DNA of 63,424 bases, the filler included, from Octopus bimaculoides (taxonomy: Eukaryota), in NCBI RefSeq assembly GCF_001194135.2. It is 6 parts of 6 records of this genome, joined end to end, with 100 filler letters (N's around TTAATTAATTAA, not from the genome) between each part and the next. Parts side by side here need not be neighbours in the genome. Positions count along the whole stretch, not along the records: positions 1 to 31,069 come from NC_068984.1; 5 more parts are not named here. The stretch is one strand, 5' to 3'. Position numbers and translations under genes: made by a program. Of this stretch, positions 12,505 through 25,492 are shown in pieces. The notes beneath the pieces are model-generated. The model saw nothing but the letters and a program-made list of their open reading frames with translations. It did no database searches and had not been told where the DNA came from. The number at the start of each line of letters is the position of its first letter. The stretch's first letter is position 1.

Positions 12505-15497
12505 TTTATTTGTGTGTGTGTCTACGTGTATATTCATATATGTTTGAATGGCTATGCCTGTGTGTCAGTACATGCACCTTCTTAATTAAAAGATAAATTT
12601 AGATGTTTAGATATTTCAGGCCAGTATTCAATTTAATAAATAAATGATGAATGACAGAAGATATATACGTATATTGAACCTTATAATCTTACAACACAAC
12701 ACGTGTAAATGAGTTGCCAAATTTCACACTTTAATAAGATAACACTGGAGTAAATTAAAATACACTTCATTCTCTGATTTGTTGCCCAGCATTGATCTCT
12801 AAATAGTTCTACAGATGAACTACGCTGTCCTTTTTATGGGCAGCTCTTTACGCTGGAGAGATAAGAAGGGATAGTTTGATTTCAACGTTCTTTCATTTGT
12901 TACCTTCATAACTTTCTGTTTAAGAACATCAACAGATGCTACTGTCATAAATTTTTGTGTTACTTATAATAATAGCATTCTATATTAGATTGTATGAATT
13001 GGTATATAATTTTAGAAACAGACGGACATTAAAGGAGCAAACTGGTTCACTGACTCGCAGTATTTTGTTTCTTTATTTTGTTTATGCTTCTATTTCCTAT
13101 TGAATTTCAATTTGTTTGCCATCTTTCAAGAACTGATCGACCAAATAAGAAAATGTTTTTGTATTTTTTTAAACAGATATTAAATCTGTTTGAGAAAATC
13201 AATGATGAAAGTGGCTCCATTGATGACCATCTTATTTTCCTAGCTCTGTTATCTATTGTCTTCTACCCTGTAAAGACAATAGAACGTTAATTCTAGCAAC
13301 TACTTCGTATATTATTGATATTCATTTAAAACCTTACTCTGACGGGTTTTAATAAATACAAATAGTATATCAAGGCAAATTTACGCTACTGTGTCAACTC
13401 CCTACAAATGTATAGTTTTCCGATTCAATGCTGTTACATGACAAATATTATCGATGGTCTTACATCCCTAATTCATTTAAATATCTTGATGTACGTATTG
13501 CTTACATTACGTTCGTGATGAGAGGGATGTTTCGCACATTTAATATGTCCCCCAAATTGACCGTGTTTAAAAATATATACTAAAGAAAATTTATATGCTA
13601 GAAAATATATTCTAAAGAACCCTACCGTTACCGGATTCATTATGTGATCAGAAGGAAGCTGAAGATGTTGAACATAAAGAATAAGAGACAACCATTTGAA
13701 ATATAAGTTGATTGCAATCTAGCCTGGTAAATCTGGCTGCAAAACAGCTTCAGACGATTGCCTAAGACCATCGTATTCTCCAAGTCCTCTCTCTAGGCAT
13801 TCTCAGAACACCGTCAACACTCAGTCAGGAATTTGTTATACCAGACAAGGTCACAGTGATGCATGTTTAATGAGACATGAATTGGAAACATGAATGTTTG
13901 CTTCACTCCTGTTGGTATCTCCCCATCACTACCAACCTGTGGGAGACTGGGTACAGGCTTTCTTTTGCTTACACTTGTGTGTTAACCTTTCATACACTTC
14001 AAAGAAAAATTCAAAGCAACAGAGTGGACCTATTGCATTGCTGTAATAGCGTATAAGCAAAAAAATTGCTTCACGGTTATGCCGTCAACGGTTGTCAATA
14101 AGTGGTGATTGTATGCCGTTAGAAGATGTGCGAGAGAAGCAAAATCAGTGTCACTCCAGTGCCAACATTTAATAGTAGCTAACATAAATTTCTTGCATAC
14201 CCTTCTCAGAATAAGTCTCAGTCTGCATAGATCAATTTAACATATTTTTTCCAAAACATACTCCACGATAGCTTTGTGTGTTCAGTTGCGTATAATACTG
14301 TCATACACATTGGTTTCGTAACACTGCTAACCGTACTATATATACGTTTGTATGCGTGTATATTTATGTGTTGTGTCTGTATGTGAGTAATTCTCGCAGC
14401 AAGTTTTTTTATAAAGATCCTCTAACCTGTCGATAAGAAGCCTGTACTCTTCAATAATGGCATGCCAACCTTTGAGAAATTCTTGAGTATTGAGATTTCT
14501 CCGCTCCTCATTTGGAGATAGTCTCAATTGTCATTTGATAATTGTCGTAAATTCTTTAGAGGTAAAAATAATTTTAATAGATTATAAAGTGACATGTCGT
14601 ATTTAACGTATCTCTATTTCTCTATGTTGTATAATATATATATACATATGTATACATATATATACATATATATAGTTTTGTATGTGTGTGTATCTATGTA
14701 CGCTTGTTTATGTCTATCATTCGTAACTATATAAGGGCAAATTATATAAAAGATTCCTATAACAACACGTGTTAAGATTGACACCCCTTAATACCTTTGT
14801 TCAGGATTATTTTAGCTGTACTCTCGTTTCACACTGTTAGAAATATAACGAAATTTCTCTGATTTAAACATTAGAAGCTTGTAACAAATCACTTTTTGCT
14901 CACAAATTAACACATATTAAGAAAATAATATATTGTAGTGGATTTTAACACCTATTTTAAAGAGAGTTGAATTTAGATAAGGATAAATCTGTTATTGCAA
15001 ATATTAAGAACTTGTTTCTAATATGAGCTTGTGTGATTTTCTGAACGATTATCAAATATTGATTTTGAAACTATTGGTGCATTTCGGTTCGTATTCCAGT
15101 TTCTATGTCCAAAATATGATTTTTGTACTTTTTCTTTAGAAAGTAGCTGACAAAACAATCAAATATATAGTTGGGCTAACACTTTAATTAAATTTTATAA
15201 TATCCATTATCTTGTAATTTTTGAGCTTGCAAAAGTGCTGTAGTCAAAGGAGAAATAAAGATCAATAAGTATACATTATTGTAATGAAAAACATTCAGCA
15301 TTGTTTTATAACAATGTAGCCATCACTTTTAGCTTTTAGTAGGCAAAACGCCGATCACTTGTTCCTTCACAATCAAAGGTTATCTTTCCATGCTTATAAC
15401 ATGTTTCACACAGACACAAACACACACAGACAGACAGACAGACACACACACATGCCAACACACAACATACATTGACAAGCACACACACATAAACACT

Positions 15498-15536
<39 letters not shown>

Positions 15537-16881
15537 TTCTGAAAGCATATATTCATATTCACTCTTTATATATAATGTGTATATATATTCACACATATTC
15601 ACATACAATTACACATTAACACACACGCGCACACACATGTATTTTTACATGTCCATGTACAGTTAAGGCGGTTGTTAAAAGCACATATTCGTATATGATA
15701 ATGTATGTGTGAATATATCTATGCGCTATTGCATTGGCTTTGTATTCAAGATTAATTTAATATTATAGCTCATGTTATGTTTTACACAATTATACATTCC
15801 ACGTTTCCCTTAACTTTTCCTAGTTTATTTTTATTTGTAATTAACGCTAAGCTATGAAAACGTAAACTTTCATGATAGTGCTTCTTGATACCTATTGCAT
15901 CCCTTTAGATAAAACCTTTTCAATTCAATTTTAATGTATTTTAGACAAAATCAGCTTTAACTGGAGTTTCATCGCTATTCGACGTGAAATTTCGGTGTCA
16001 AAGGAGTGTAGGCATTCCATTTTCTTTTAAACCATTGGAATATGATTTCAGAACAATGTGTTTGCTATTTCTAACTGTTCAAGATTAGTTTCGGTATTAA
16101 TTTTGATGGCAAAAAATAAAGTTAGGTACTTTTTGAATGCACCTCTTATAAAAATATTTGATACATAACCGCGAGTTCGACGATGCTTTCGTACTAAAAC
16201 AAAATATCTTTTATCGGTTACATGGTCATGGCTTTTATGTCTTGACTCTCAAACTCATTGCTTGGAGTTATTTCTTCTAAGATAATGTTCCGTTAAAACT
16301 GCCACCTCTGTCAATAGTTACTATAAACACATAGTAGGGCAAATAAAGCCGTGATATTATGAGATATAAAATATAGACATTAAGACATTTTAAAAGTTCT
16401 TTTGTAAAAGTTCATTTAATATGTGTCTGCATTTTTCCATAAACATATGTAGCTATCTTTACAGTTAACAAATATTTTTATCAATCAGTTTGTTTGCGAA
16501 TACAAACAACATACGCGTGATTTTGTTTGTCAGCTCCCAAGGGCAAACTTCGAAATCACGGAAAAATAAAACATTTTCTGAAGAGAAAAGAACTACATAT
16601 GATAATTATCTAATTTCTGAAAACGCAACTGTGTGTACACACAAATTACACGAACTCATACACATATACACATATGCAAACATATATCACTAAGCATACG
16701 TACGTATGTAAGAATATACAATACATCTTCATATTAATGTATGTATATGTATGTGTGTATGTATGTATGTATGTATGTATATATATATATATATATACAC
16801 ACACGCACATGCACATATATAGATATGTATATATATAAATATATATATATATTCATATATACATGTATATATATATATATG

Positions 16882-16930
<49 letters not shown>

Positions 16931-17114
16931 NNNNNNNNNNNNNNNNNNNNNNNNNNNNNNNNNNNNNNNNNNNNNNNNNNNNNNNNNNNNNNNNNNNNNN
17001 NNNNNNNNNNNNNNNNNNNNNNNNNNNNNNNNNNNNNNNNNNNNNNNNNNNNNNNNNNNNNNNNNNNNNNNNNNNNNNNNNNNNNNNNNNNNNNNNNNNN
17101 NNNNNNNNNNNNNN

Positions 17115-17151
<37 letters not shown>

Positions 17152-18699
17152 CATATGTTATTATTTTATCTTCTTAAAAGGATTAAGAAACAAACTTTAT
17201 TTCATATCTGACTGTTGATCTTTCCCAAAGTTTTGAAAGATGTGATATTTGGATACTTATGTAGATATTAGATAGAAAGATTGCGAGATGCTATGCAATG
17301 GAGATGCAATCGAAAAATCATCCACTAATGATGCAATATTATTGCTGTCAGCTATATTTCTTATGTTACTTAATAGCAATAATTGACTCATGTTTCTATT
17401 CCAACTGTAATCAAGAAATTGTAAATTTCTGTGTCGGTTTTCAGCTATCGACGCCAGATAGCTGAAAAAGCAATATGTAATTTGCTTCGATTTCTTTGAA
17501 GAATTACGACTTTAAAAATAGCAAGTGTAATTTGTAGAATTACATTCTGGATTCTTCAACATTTTTGATAGGAGATATTTACCGGTGAGTTATCACATCA
17601 GTTATGAATGAATGTAATGGTATTAAAATAGGAATGTTACTTTATTTAATATTTGCGAATATCCAATTTGAAGACCGTTGTGTAAGTAGACACTTACTAA
17701 ATATATACCGTATTCCGTTATATTGTTCGGGATTTAGAATTGAAACTCTACAATTGTCTGCTGTTCTTTCTCCCTCTGCCGGTTCTCCTCCAAGAGTCGA
17801 TGTTATAAATATCAATATAACAGAATACATTCAATCATTTAGGCGATATCAATGTATCCAAAACAAGCAAGTTGGTATATATGATATCATTTGCTTCTCC
17901 GAAAAACCTTTATCATAAAATAAGTAAAATGATTCCAAATGGAAGCAGAAATGTAGTTGCTTCAACTAAATAATGACACAACATGCATTTAATACTGTGG
18001 TATTTTATGTTAAAAGACCATATATTTAACTAGCAGCGTAGTTCTTTGAATGAATATTTTGTTTGCTGTCTAGTTGGCCGTAACTAACTACATCTAATGT
18101 CAAAGCATTACATCATACAATGTTTTCTATCTTTGTAATATGGTTGATATTTTTAGCAAGGAAATTCCTTGTCAGATCATAGAGCAGTATGTAAAATATG
18201 ATGGTGAATTTATATTAATTAACTTCTTTATCTTCGATTATTAACATTTGAACTAACAACATTGAGTGGCTAGCACAATATTATTCCATCTAACCATTCG
18301 GTATAATGTGGTTTAAATGAGTTTATTAATATTTGATCGCACTAATATATCTTGTTGGTTTATCAGCTACATTTGTTTAGCATTGTGTGCCCTGTTATCA
18401 GGAATTCCTCTTCAACGTACATAAATTGCTAAATCTAAATAGGTATCATTACAAAGTAAACTTCATCAATGCATGCAGAAGGATCATCTATTATTCTTCG
18501 TCAGTTTATAGATGATTGGATCAATACTTTCCTTGTATCTATAAGTCAACGTGTAGGGAGAGTAAATGTGGTGGGAGATAATTTAGAAGGAATCCTGAAT
18601 ATTGAGTCTCTGTGCAAATGCCTCCTGTACTAGTGCCGCTTCCGTTAAAAGCATCCAGTACCAGATAACGGTGTTGAACTGGGTCAGATATTAAGTCTG

Positions 18700-18850
18700 T
18701 CATGAATATAGTCCATATCGAGATTAGAATTTAGAGCAAATGGGACGAAACATAATAACGTAAGGCGTCTTTCTTTGTTCACTACTCTAGACTAGTACTA
18801 TATTTATCGATTCCGGAACGTTGACAGGCAAAGTTGACCTCTGTGCCGAA
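18700..18850 (-). mobile_element. Degenerate SINE fragment (family of 42121-42341)
   Basis: GTACTATATTTATCGATTCCGGAACG...GGCAAAGTTGACCTC matches the reverse of the GTCGACTTT/GGTCGATAAA core of the other copies. Confidence 0.55.
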
Positions 18851-21524
18851 ATAAATGCTGCAATGCATTTCATCCGACACTCAAGCCACTCATCCAAATC
18901 ATCACTTATAGCATGGAGAGAGATTTGTGCTGATTTCATTTAGAGATTATGCATGGCGATTTCCAAGTAGCTGTGCTTATGAGTATTATCACGTATATCA
19001 TAGAATCTCACTAGGACTTGTAACATATGCAGTATTCCGTTAAAGCTTTGATTTAATCTAAAAGGCTTTTTCCCTTAATATGTGTATATAACATACTACT
19101 AACGGGTTGTATTATCCGTGCTCACATCTGCCTCATTTTTACATGTATAATCTATATTTATAACGATAGAATTATATAGTTTTTATTAGTCACATACACT
19201 AAGATTTGAGTATAAAGGCAAGTTCCGATGTTCACTCAACCAGTAATATAACTATCAGATCCTCAATATAAATATTTTAATACAACTTTGCGCTACCTAG
19301 ACTCAATCAAATTAAAATACAAATATCTCGAAATATCTTTCAGATTTTATTGTTCATGCACAAGACGGTTTTAGATCTAATTCCCAGGTCTCTCTAGACA
19401 TGTGGTACAAAATACCAGATATTTGATTGGTCATAAACCCTTGAGAATAAGGCATAGATTCCGAGGATAAGAGATAAAATTATCTTTATGTATGACTACG
19501 TGCAGTTATAATAATAATTTAGATTTGAAATTTTCATTTTACTGCTTTGTCCTGTATATATTATTGTAGAACATCTAGATATCTTGAGGTAAATGAAGTT
19601 AGAAATTTAAAACATCTCTGTGTATTTTGTAAAAATCAACCTAATTTACAATTCATCACGTTTATATCGACCGACACCAACGATTTTATACAATATTAAT
19701 TACATTGTAGCCGATAACGTTTAATACGAGGTGTCAGTTTCCAATGAGCTTCATCTGATATTAGATTCTGAGTTGCGGTTGTGAGCATTTTAGTTCATAC
19801 AGTTTGAAGAGATATGAACATTCAAACTTGTAACTCTATATTTGTGTCACTGATTCTAGTTGAAATAGAAATAACTCAAATCAAAAGATAATCGAAGTAC
19901 TTTCAACTCCAGAACATACGACTTGTCTGTCATTATAACATAAAAATCATTTCTCTTTTCTGGTTCCATAAATATAGTCGTTTTGCGTCAGCATTTCAGA
20001 AAAATGAAAATATGAGGTCAATATATTCAATATGCAAAAGATTAAAAATATACACAGTACTAGTGTTTTATGTGTAGCCTCCATAATCTTGGAAATATGT
20101 TAATGCGCAAAATATAGATGTACAAAAATATAAACTTTATCAAACCTCTCAATACCTGATATGTTAGAAACGTGTAGAGGAAAGAGAAAAGCAAAAATTT
20201 GCTCTTTAACATTCTATATAAAATAAACACAATTCACGTAAGATAATTTATATTAAGTCACTGTTATATTTGATGAAATGATAAAAGAATGGCAAAGCTT
20301 TGGCCATGCAGTATCTTCAAGACGATAGTATAAATTTACAAAATATATGCCAAAATCAAAAGTGCTAGACAAATGCTAACGAAAGAAGTGATAAATGATG
20401 TAAAATCTTACACGAGAAACGTTTTAATTTAGTTTAATTAATTTCAGTGATAACTAGGCTTGATAACAGATAAAATATGTCTCAAAAACCGTGGCCCAAA
20501 TAATTGAATTAACAAGTTCTCTAATGGCAGCAGTTTTCGGATGATGGCATATTTTCTAATTAAAATTTATTACTAATTGAGAGATATTATCCTTATCTGC
20601 AATGCATATCTGTTATAATTAATGAGACGAGACCAATACGAAAACATTTTTACGTAACTTTCAACGACTCTTTCTGTAAACACATTTGTTAAAGTAGGAA
20701 GGTAGTGGAATGTAAAAGCATGTTTCTGAATACGTATATAAAATAAGCTCCAGCAGGGTTGCCGGATAACTGAATTTTCTGGATATCTGAGGATAACCTT
20801 TCAAAATTTCAATATCACCTTATAAAACTCATTAAAACTATCTATATACATCAATAATGTTATTAATATTTTGAATATAGTTGAAATGAAAGAAATAGAA
20901 AAAAAATAAAGTATAATTTAAGTAAAGAACAAGCTTTATGAACATACTAAAGTAAAGGTACTCTGAATGCAATAAATTAGAATAAATGTAGTTTGAAAAC
21001 ACATCGATGAATTCTAGACAGAGCTGAAACATTTTTTAATGAGTATTACTTAACACAGGTGAGCAAAGACTCTTGATTCTACACAACACACTTTCCTTTA
21101 TTTTCTTCTGAGTACCGGTTGTTTGAGTTCCAAATTAAAGGGAATTTACTGTTCTATGTCGCTGGAGGACAAATTCTTTACACTAATGCAAACAAAATCA
21201 CCATCAACGAAGTATGTCACACTGAAATCGATCAGTGAATAAAGGTAATTGTAAATAAAATGAAGTTACGATATGTCACTAGTTTATGGTAATAAGCTTG
21301 CTTCCCTACCATATAGCCCTGGGTTCAGTCTGTATATGTGCGTGTGTGTCGGTATGTGTATACGCATATATTGTGAAGATCAATTCGTAAACCTAGAGTT
21401 TTCTTACCTTCAGTCCTTAACACCAATGGCCCATGGCCTTTGGAGTCTGATGAGGCGTTTGTAAAGCTAAACGCTTTATCGATGCAAAACCATTGGTAAC
21501 TTTATTACCGGACTATATTTAACT

Positions 21525-21700
21525 TCATATATATACACGTGTCTGTAAAGTATTCTCAGTAGAAATTTCTTCCCTTAGACAACATATGTAAAACATCATT
21601 ATTTGACTGAACAATGGTTTCATGACTGCAACGACCCAGAACTCCATTTTGGCGTAATATCCCCTCTGAGAGAGCGCCGTTGGCTGCATAACAGCCAACT
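21525..21700 (-). CDS. Candidate second exon (ELAVMQPTALSQRGYYAKMEFWVVAVMKPLFSQIMMFYICCLREEISTENTLQTRVYI*)
   Basis: Strong acceptor CATTTCTTCTTTTTAG, phase-compatible with the MRSTP exon; 57 open codons after the split codon. No recognisable homology. Confidence 0.25.
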
Positions 21701-21743
21701 CTAAAAAGAAGAAATGTAGTCTCTCTCATTGCTTTTCAAACAG

Positions 21744-21833
21744 GCCGATATCACGCGCTTTATATTAACTAATAGATCTCACATAGAGGTTTATCAAGTT
21801 CTGTCAACAGATGATCAAAAAAGACGGCAACAA
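21744..21833 (+). CDS. Alternative candidate internal exon (ADITRFILTNRSHIEVYQVLSTDDQKRRQQ)
   Basis: Acceptor CTCTCTCATTGCTTTTCAAACAG, 90 nt open, phase 0-0, weak donor CAA|GTATTT. Product unrecognised. Confidence 0.2.
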
Positions 21834-23039
21834 GTATTTTCTTTTGGAAGGAAAATATATTTTCCCAATGGATTTTGATTGATTGAGCTATACGAAAAGA
21901 AATGACTTTTGTATTTGCGTTAGCACATACTTGGATGTAAATTTTGCATCGTAGGAACTACTCACGTTAATAACTATCCCTTAAAAAGGTTCCTATTCAT
22001 ATTCCTGTAGCAATTACATTTGGTTACTTGAATATCATTTGTGGTTATTTCACCGTTTATAATAGTTATGAGTGGGAATTGCTTTCTTATTAGGATTAAG
22101 GTATTTCCAACGCTAATCGATTCATCTTATAATGTACGATACGCAATTACAATTGGATTCAAGAAATATAACTGAATGTGAGAAGTGTACAAAGAGACAA
22201 AAGTTTGCATATTTGGAGATTTTAGTCTTTATTGTAATAAGAATGTTACTTGAAACTGAAATGATTAATTTTGCAATATTGAATAAATAATTAATACAAA
22301 TATAAAAGTAAACTTTAATATTCAAAATACTTTGCCCTGTGGGTTTTACATGCACAAATCCTTCTGAACAAAGTTGACAAAAGCAATTCACTCGTTTATT
22401 TAACAGTGATTAAAGTTTCATATATTACAGCCGTGTGAATTGCTTGAAACGCTTTCTTTAGATCTGACGATATACAAAAACTGTTTAGAAGTAAATAGAA
22501 AAATTCTGAAACTAGAATAAACCTAGTTACATATTTTGTGAATAACCATAAGGTCACTAACACATTGATTCTTTACTAATTGAAAGTAAATTAGTCTAGA
22601 TATATTGGTGAATAGTGTTTTCAGTTATTCAGGTTCGACATAACTATATAATGAAAACAAAATATAGCTATGTGTAAATTTGTACCTGCAATAAATGAAC
22701 GAAATAAACCTATTACAGCAAGCGAGATAAATGAATGTAATAACAAAAGAGAATTAAAATGAATTTCTACATTGCTCCATAAACAGAAATTATTACAATG
22801 ACTCACTTGGTGCAGCATGCAAAAATAACGTGAGGAAAATGCTGGCGCAGCATACACATCCGCACAATTGCTCACACACACATACAAACACATACACACA
22901 CACACACATACACACTCACTCGCNNNNNNNNNNATACACACACACACACATACACACTCACTCGCGCACGCACTCACTTTCATGCATAAATGTAAATCTA
23001 TATAAGAATTTATCATAAATGTGTGTATCTTTCTTATTA

Positions 23040-23420
23040 AATGCTTATTGTCTATCATCTACCTGGTGTTGAGCGCATGTCTTCTTTCTCCTTCTTTCTT
23101 CTCTTCCCTAGCGTCTTCGATGCAGCGTCAATGAGTGTCAGCGGTCGACTGACTGTCTTGTCAAATTTCCCTTTAAATACCTGCTGCTAGACTCCAGCAG
23201 GCAGCCCCAGCAAAATGTCACGTGACACTGCCTAAGCTTTAACTGACCAATGGAGGGCGCGTAGTCTTAGCCCACGCATTCTCTAACCGAGACCGTCACC
23301 TGTGAATCAGCGAAGCTACTTCAGTGTCAGTCTGTCTCACCTAGTGATGTTATTTTCCTGCCGGTATGTTATGGCTTTCAAGCCATTTTTGGTCTTCCCG
23401 CTTCAGCCATATATAGAAGC
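23040..23420 (-). promoter_or_regulatory. RNA polymerase II core and proximal promoter, minus strand (possibly bidirectional)
   Basis: CpG/GC-enriched island in AT-rich DNA. Minus-strand TATTTAAA (23179-23172) lies 29 nt upstream of the A of Inr TCAGTC (23152-23147; TSS about 23150). Also a 12-bp palindrome TGTCACGTGACA (23216-23227), GACCAATGG NF-Y site (CCAAT 23247-23251), a perfect CArG CCATTTTTGG (23383-23392) and a near-CArG CCATATATAG (23407-23416). Confidence 0.6.
23063..23078 (-). CDS. Candidate first coding exon (MRSTP + phase-1 donor)
   Basis: First ATG after the predicted TSS (23078), followed by donor CAG|GTAGAT at 23063/23062. It may instead be a uORF in a 5' UTR exon. Confidence 0.3.
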
Positions 23421-24735
23421 TGGCTTTTTCGACCGCCTCCTGTATTCTCCTTATTAGTTTTCTCAGTTTTAAATTTTTGAAAATCAATGTAAACTGTGAA
23501 ACCTATTAAACCTTTAAATATATAATTAAAGATACTTTAACTTTTCTCAGTGCATTTTCAACTTCTATTTTTCCTATATTTCTACCCGTGTCGAATAAAA
23601 TAAGTGGATTGAGCTAAAATTATTTTAACATCAGGAAATGATAGTTTGAGTTTGTCTGTGTGGTGTCGGTAGAAATTTAGAGACACACACGCACACACAC
23701 AAACACACACACGCAGCCGCATGCACACATGCACATGTACACACACACACACAGACACATGCACATACACAGAGACACAGACACAGACACAGACACAGAC
23801 ACACACACAAACACACACACATACACACACACATTGATAAATATGTATATGTATTTATGATACGCCCAGAAATATAACCAGATCTCGCATCTTTCTTCAC
23901 ATAACGCCTATATAAATAATATATACAGCCGATATGAATATTATGCTAAGTTACCAGGAAACCTTAAAGTTCTTAAAAATCAAATGTAACAAGTATAATC
24001 AATAAAAATCATAGAATATTTGTTGCTGTGGAAATGTTGATAGTTGTTGGTGAAAATGAATAAGAGTAGGTTGCGTCGGTAAGTCAGTCACGTACTAAGC
24101 GAGAACAATGAAAATAAAGAGCATTATGTTAGTATGCCATGAGACAAAGCGATATTTATGTTTCATCAGAGACTAAGATGTTATAAATCACTCAATATAA
24201 TATAATCATATGATGTCCCTTTCTCTCTTTCTCTCTGTCACCCTCTTTTCGTTCCTCTGTTTTACTTTGCTGTTATGCACCTTCTGACTTCACCTTCTTT
24301 GTTCTCTTTCTTTTTTTCCTGACCTATATATCCTTATATCTTTTCGGTTTACATATAATGTGTTTATCTGATTCTTTCTTGCTTTCTTTTTTAATTTATT
24401 TTTCTTTCTCCTTACTTGTTTTCGTACAACCAATCAAAAATATTGGCTGTCAAAATTTACATTCATTTGAAGATTGTTTTCTGCATATTTACATCTCTCA
24501 AACTGCCATGATCTTTTGTAATCACAATTCTAGATTTTTCTCACTGTTTTATTCTTTACTTATTCCTTGCCCCTACGACCTTATCATTAACTATTTATAA
24601 TGATGTTCATATTTGTAAAAGAAGAGGAATCTGTGCAGAGAACAGATAGTTATGTCGAGTGAATATATCAGAATCTAGTTAGATTCTTAACTACACGCAT
24701 TTTGTCTACTATTCTCTTTCGTGACCTCTGTTGAT

Positions 24736-24814
24736 AACACTTCTGAAAGAGACACTTCTAAAAGTGACACTTCTAAAAGAGACACTTCTAAAAGAGACAC
24801 TTCTAAAAGAGACA
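24736..24814. repeat. 15-bp minisatellite (GACACTTCTAAAAGA) x about 5.3
   Basis: Direct tandem copies at 24736, 24751, 24766, 24781 and 24796. Confidence 0.95.
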
Positions 24815-25220
24815 TGAAACTGCATCATTACAACACTTGCACTTCATATCCCGAATCATTAACATCCATATCAGAATACGCGAGCTTGAGATTTTACCTA
24901 ACAATTGCCTGGGGTTTTCAAATGACAAATGTTGCGATTAATCATTGTTTAGTCTAAAGTTTCGTCAACAAATTGCACATTTTGTTGTTATGCAGTTTGT
25001 TAGAAGTTCTTAAAACTTTTGTTAAAGCTGTATATATTACAAACGTAATATCTGGCACCTTGGATAGATGAGTAGTGTAACAATTATGCAATAGTTTTTG
25101 ATGTATGTAGTACAATTGGTTCAATGAGGGAACGAAATATATTGATTTAAATATCAGCCTAAATCCGATGTCCAAAGAGTGACAAAACTATTGCGAGTTG
25201 ACCATATGATTTGTTTTTAG

Positions 25221-25430
25221 ATGAGAAAATATTTTTCTGAAACCATAACATGTGAAATTACGTATGCAAATTCTTCCGCACAAAATACAATTTTAGTGAT
25301 TAACCCTACAATCTATAATTGTGGCTTCTCGTTTTCATTTAATGATAAAGCTGAACGGATAATAAGTACTCAAAATGCAGTACTAAAAGAAGCAGCGCTA
25401 TACAGGGTCGTTAACATAACACAATTGTAA
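25221..25430 (+). CDS. Candidate exon or ORF of unknown product (MRKYFSETITCEITYANSSAQ...)
   Basis: 69 open codons in AT-rich DNA starting directly after acceptor-like GATTTGTTTTTAG. No homology recognised. Confidence 0.2.
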   Translation: MRKYFSETITCEITYANSSAQNTILVINPTIYNCGFSFSFNDKAERIISTQNAVLKEAALYRVVNITQL

Positions 25431-25492
25431 AAACAACACATTGTTTTAGACAACATTGCAAACAGACATGATGATAAACTATTTAAAACCTA

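Noticed and set aside
12790-13660. Short minus-strand exon candidates (MNP donor near 13630; acceptor near 12857)
   Set aside because: Joined frames hit stops within about 10 codons.
14336-14527. Protein-like minus ORF LSPNEERRNLNTQEFLKGWHAIIEEY...
   Set aside because: Preceded by an in-frame stop with no canonical acceptor feeding this frame; runs into a microsatellite.
17604-17918. 104-aa plus ORF and overlapping 62-aa minus ORF with signal-peptide-like start
   Set aside because: No recognisable homology, and splice signals point to both strands; not supportable.
23112-23224. Pyrimidine tract at 23080-23111 as decisive evidence of a plus-strand exon
   Set aside because: Equally explained as a GA-rich 5' UTR of the minus-strand transcript; kept only as an alternative in findings.
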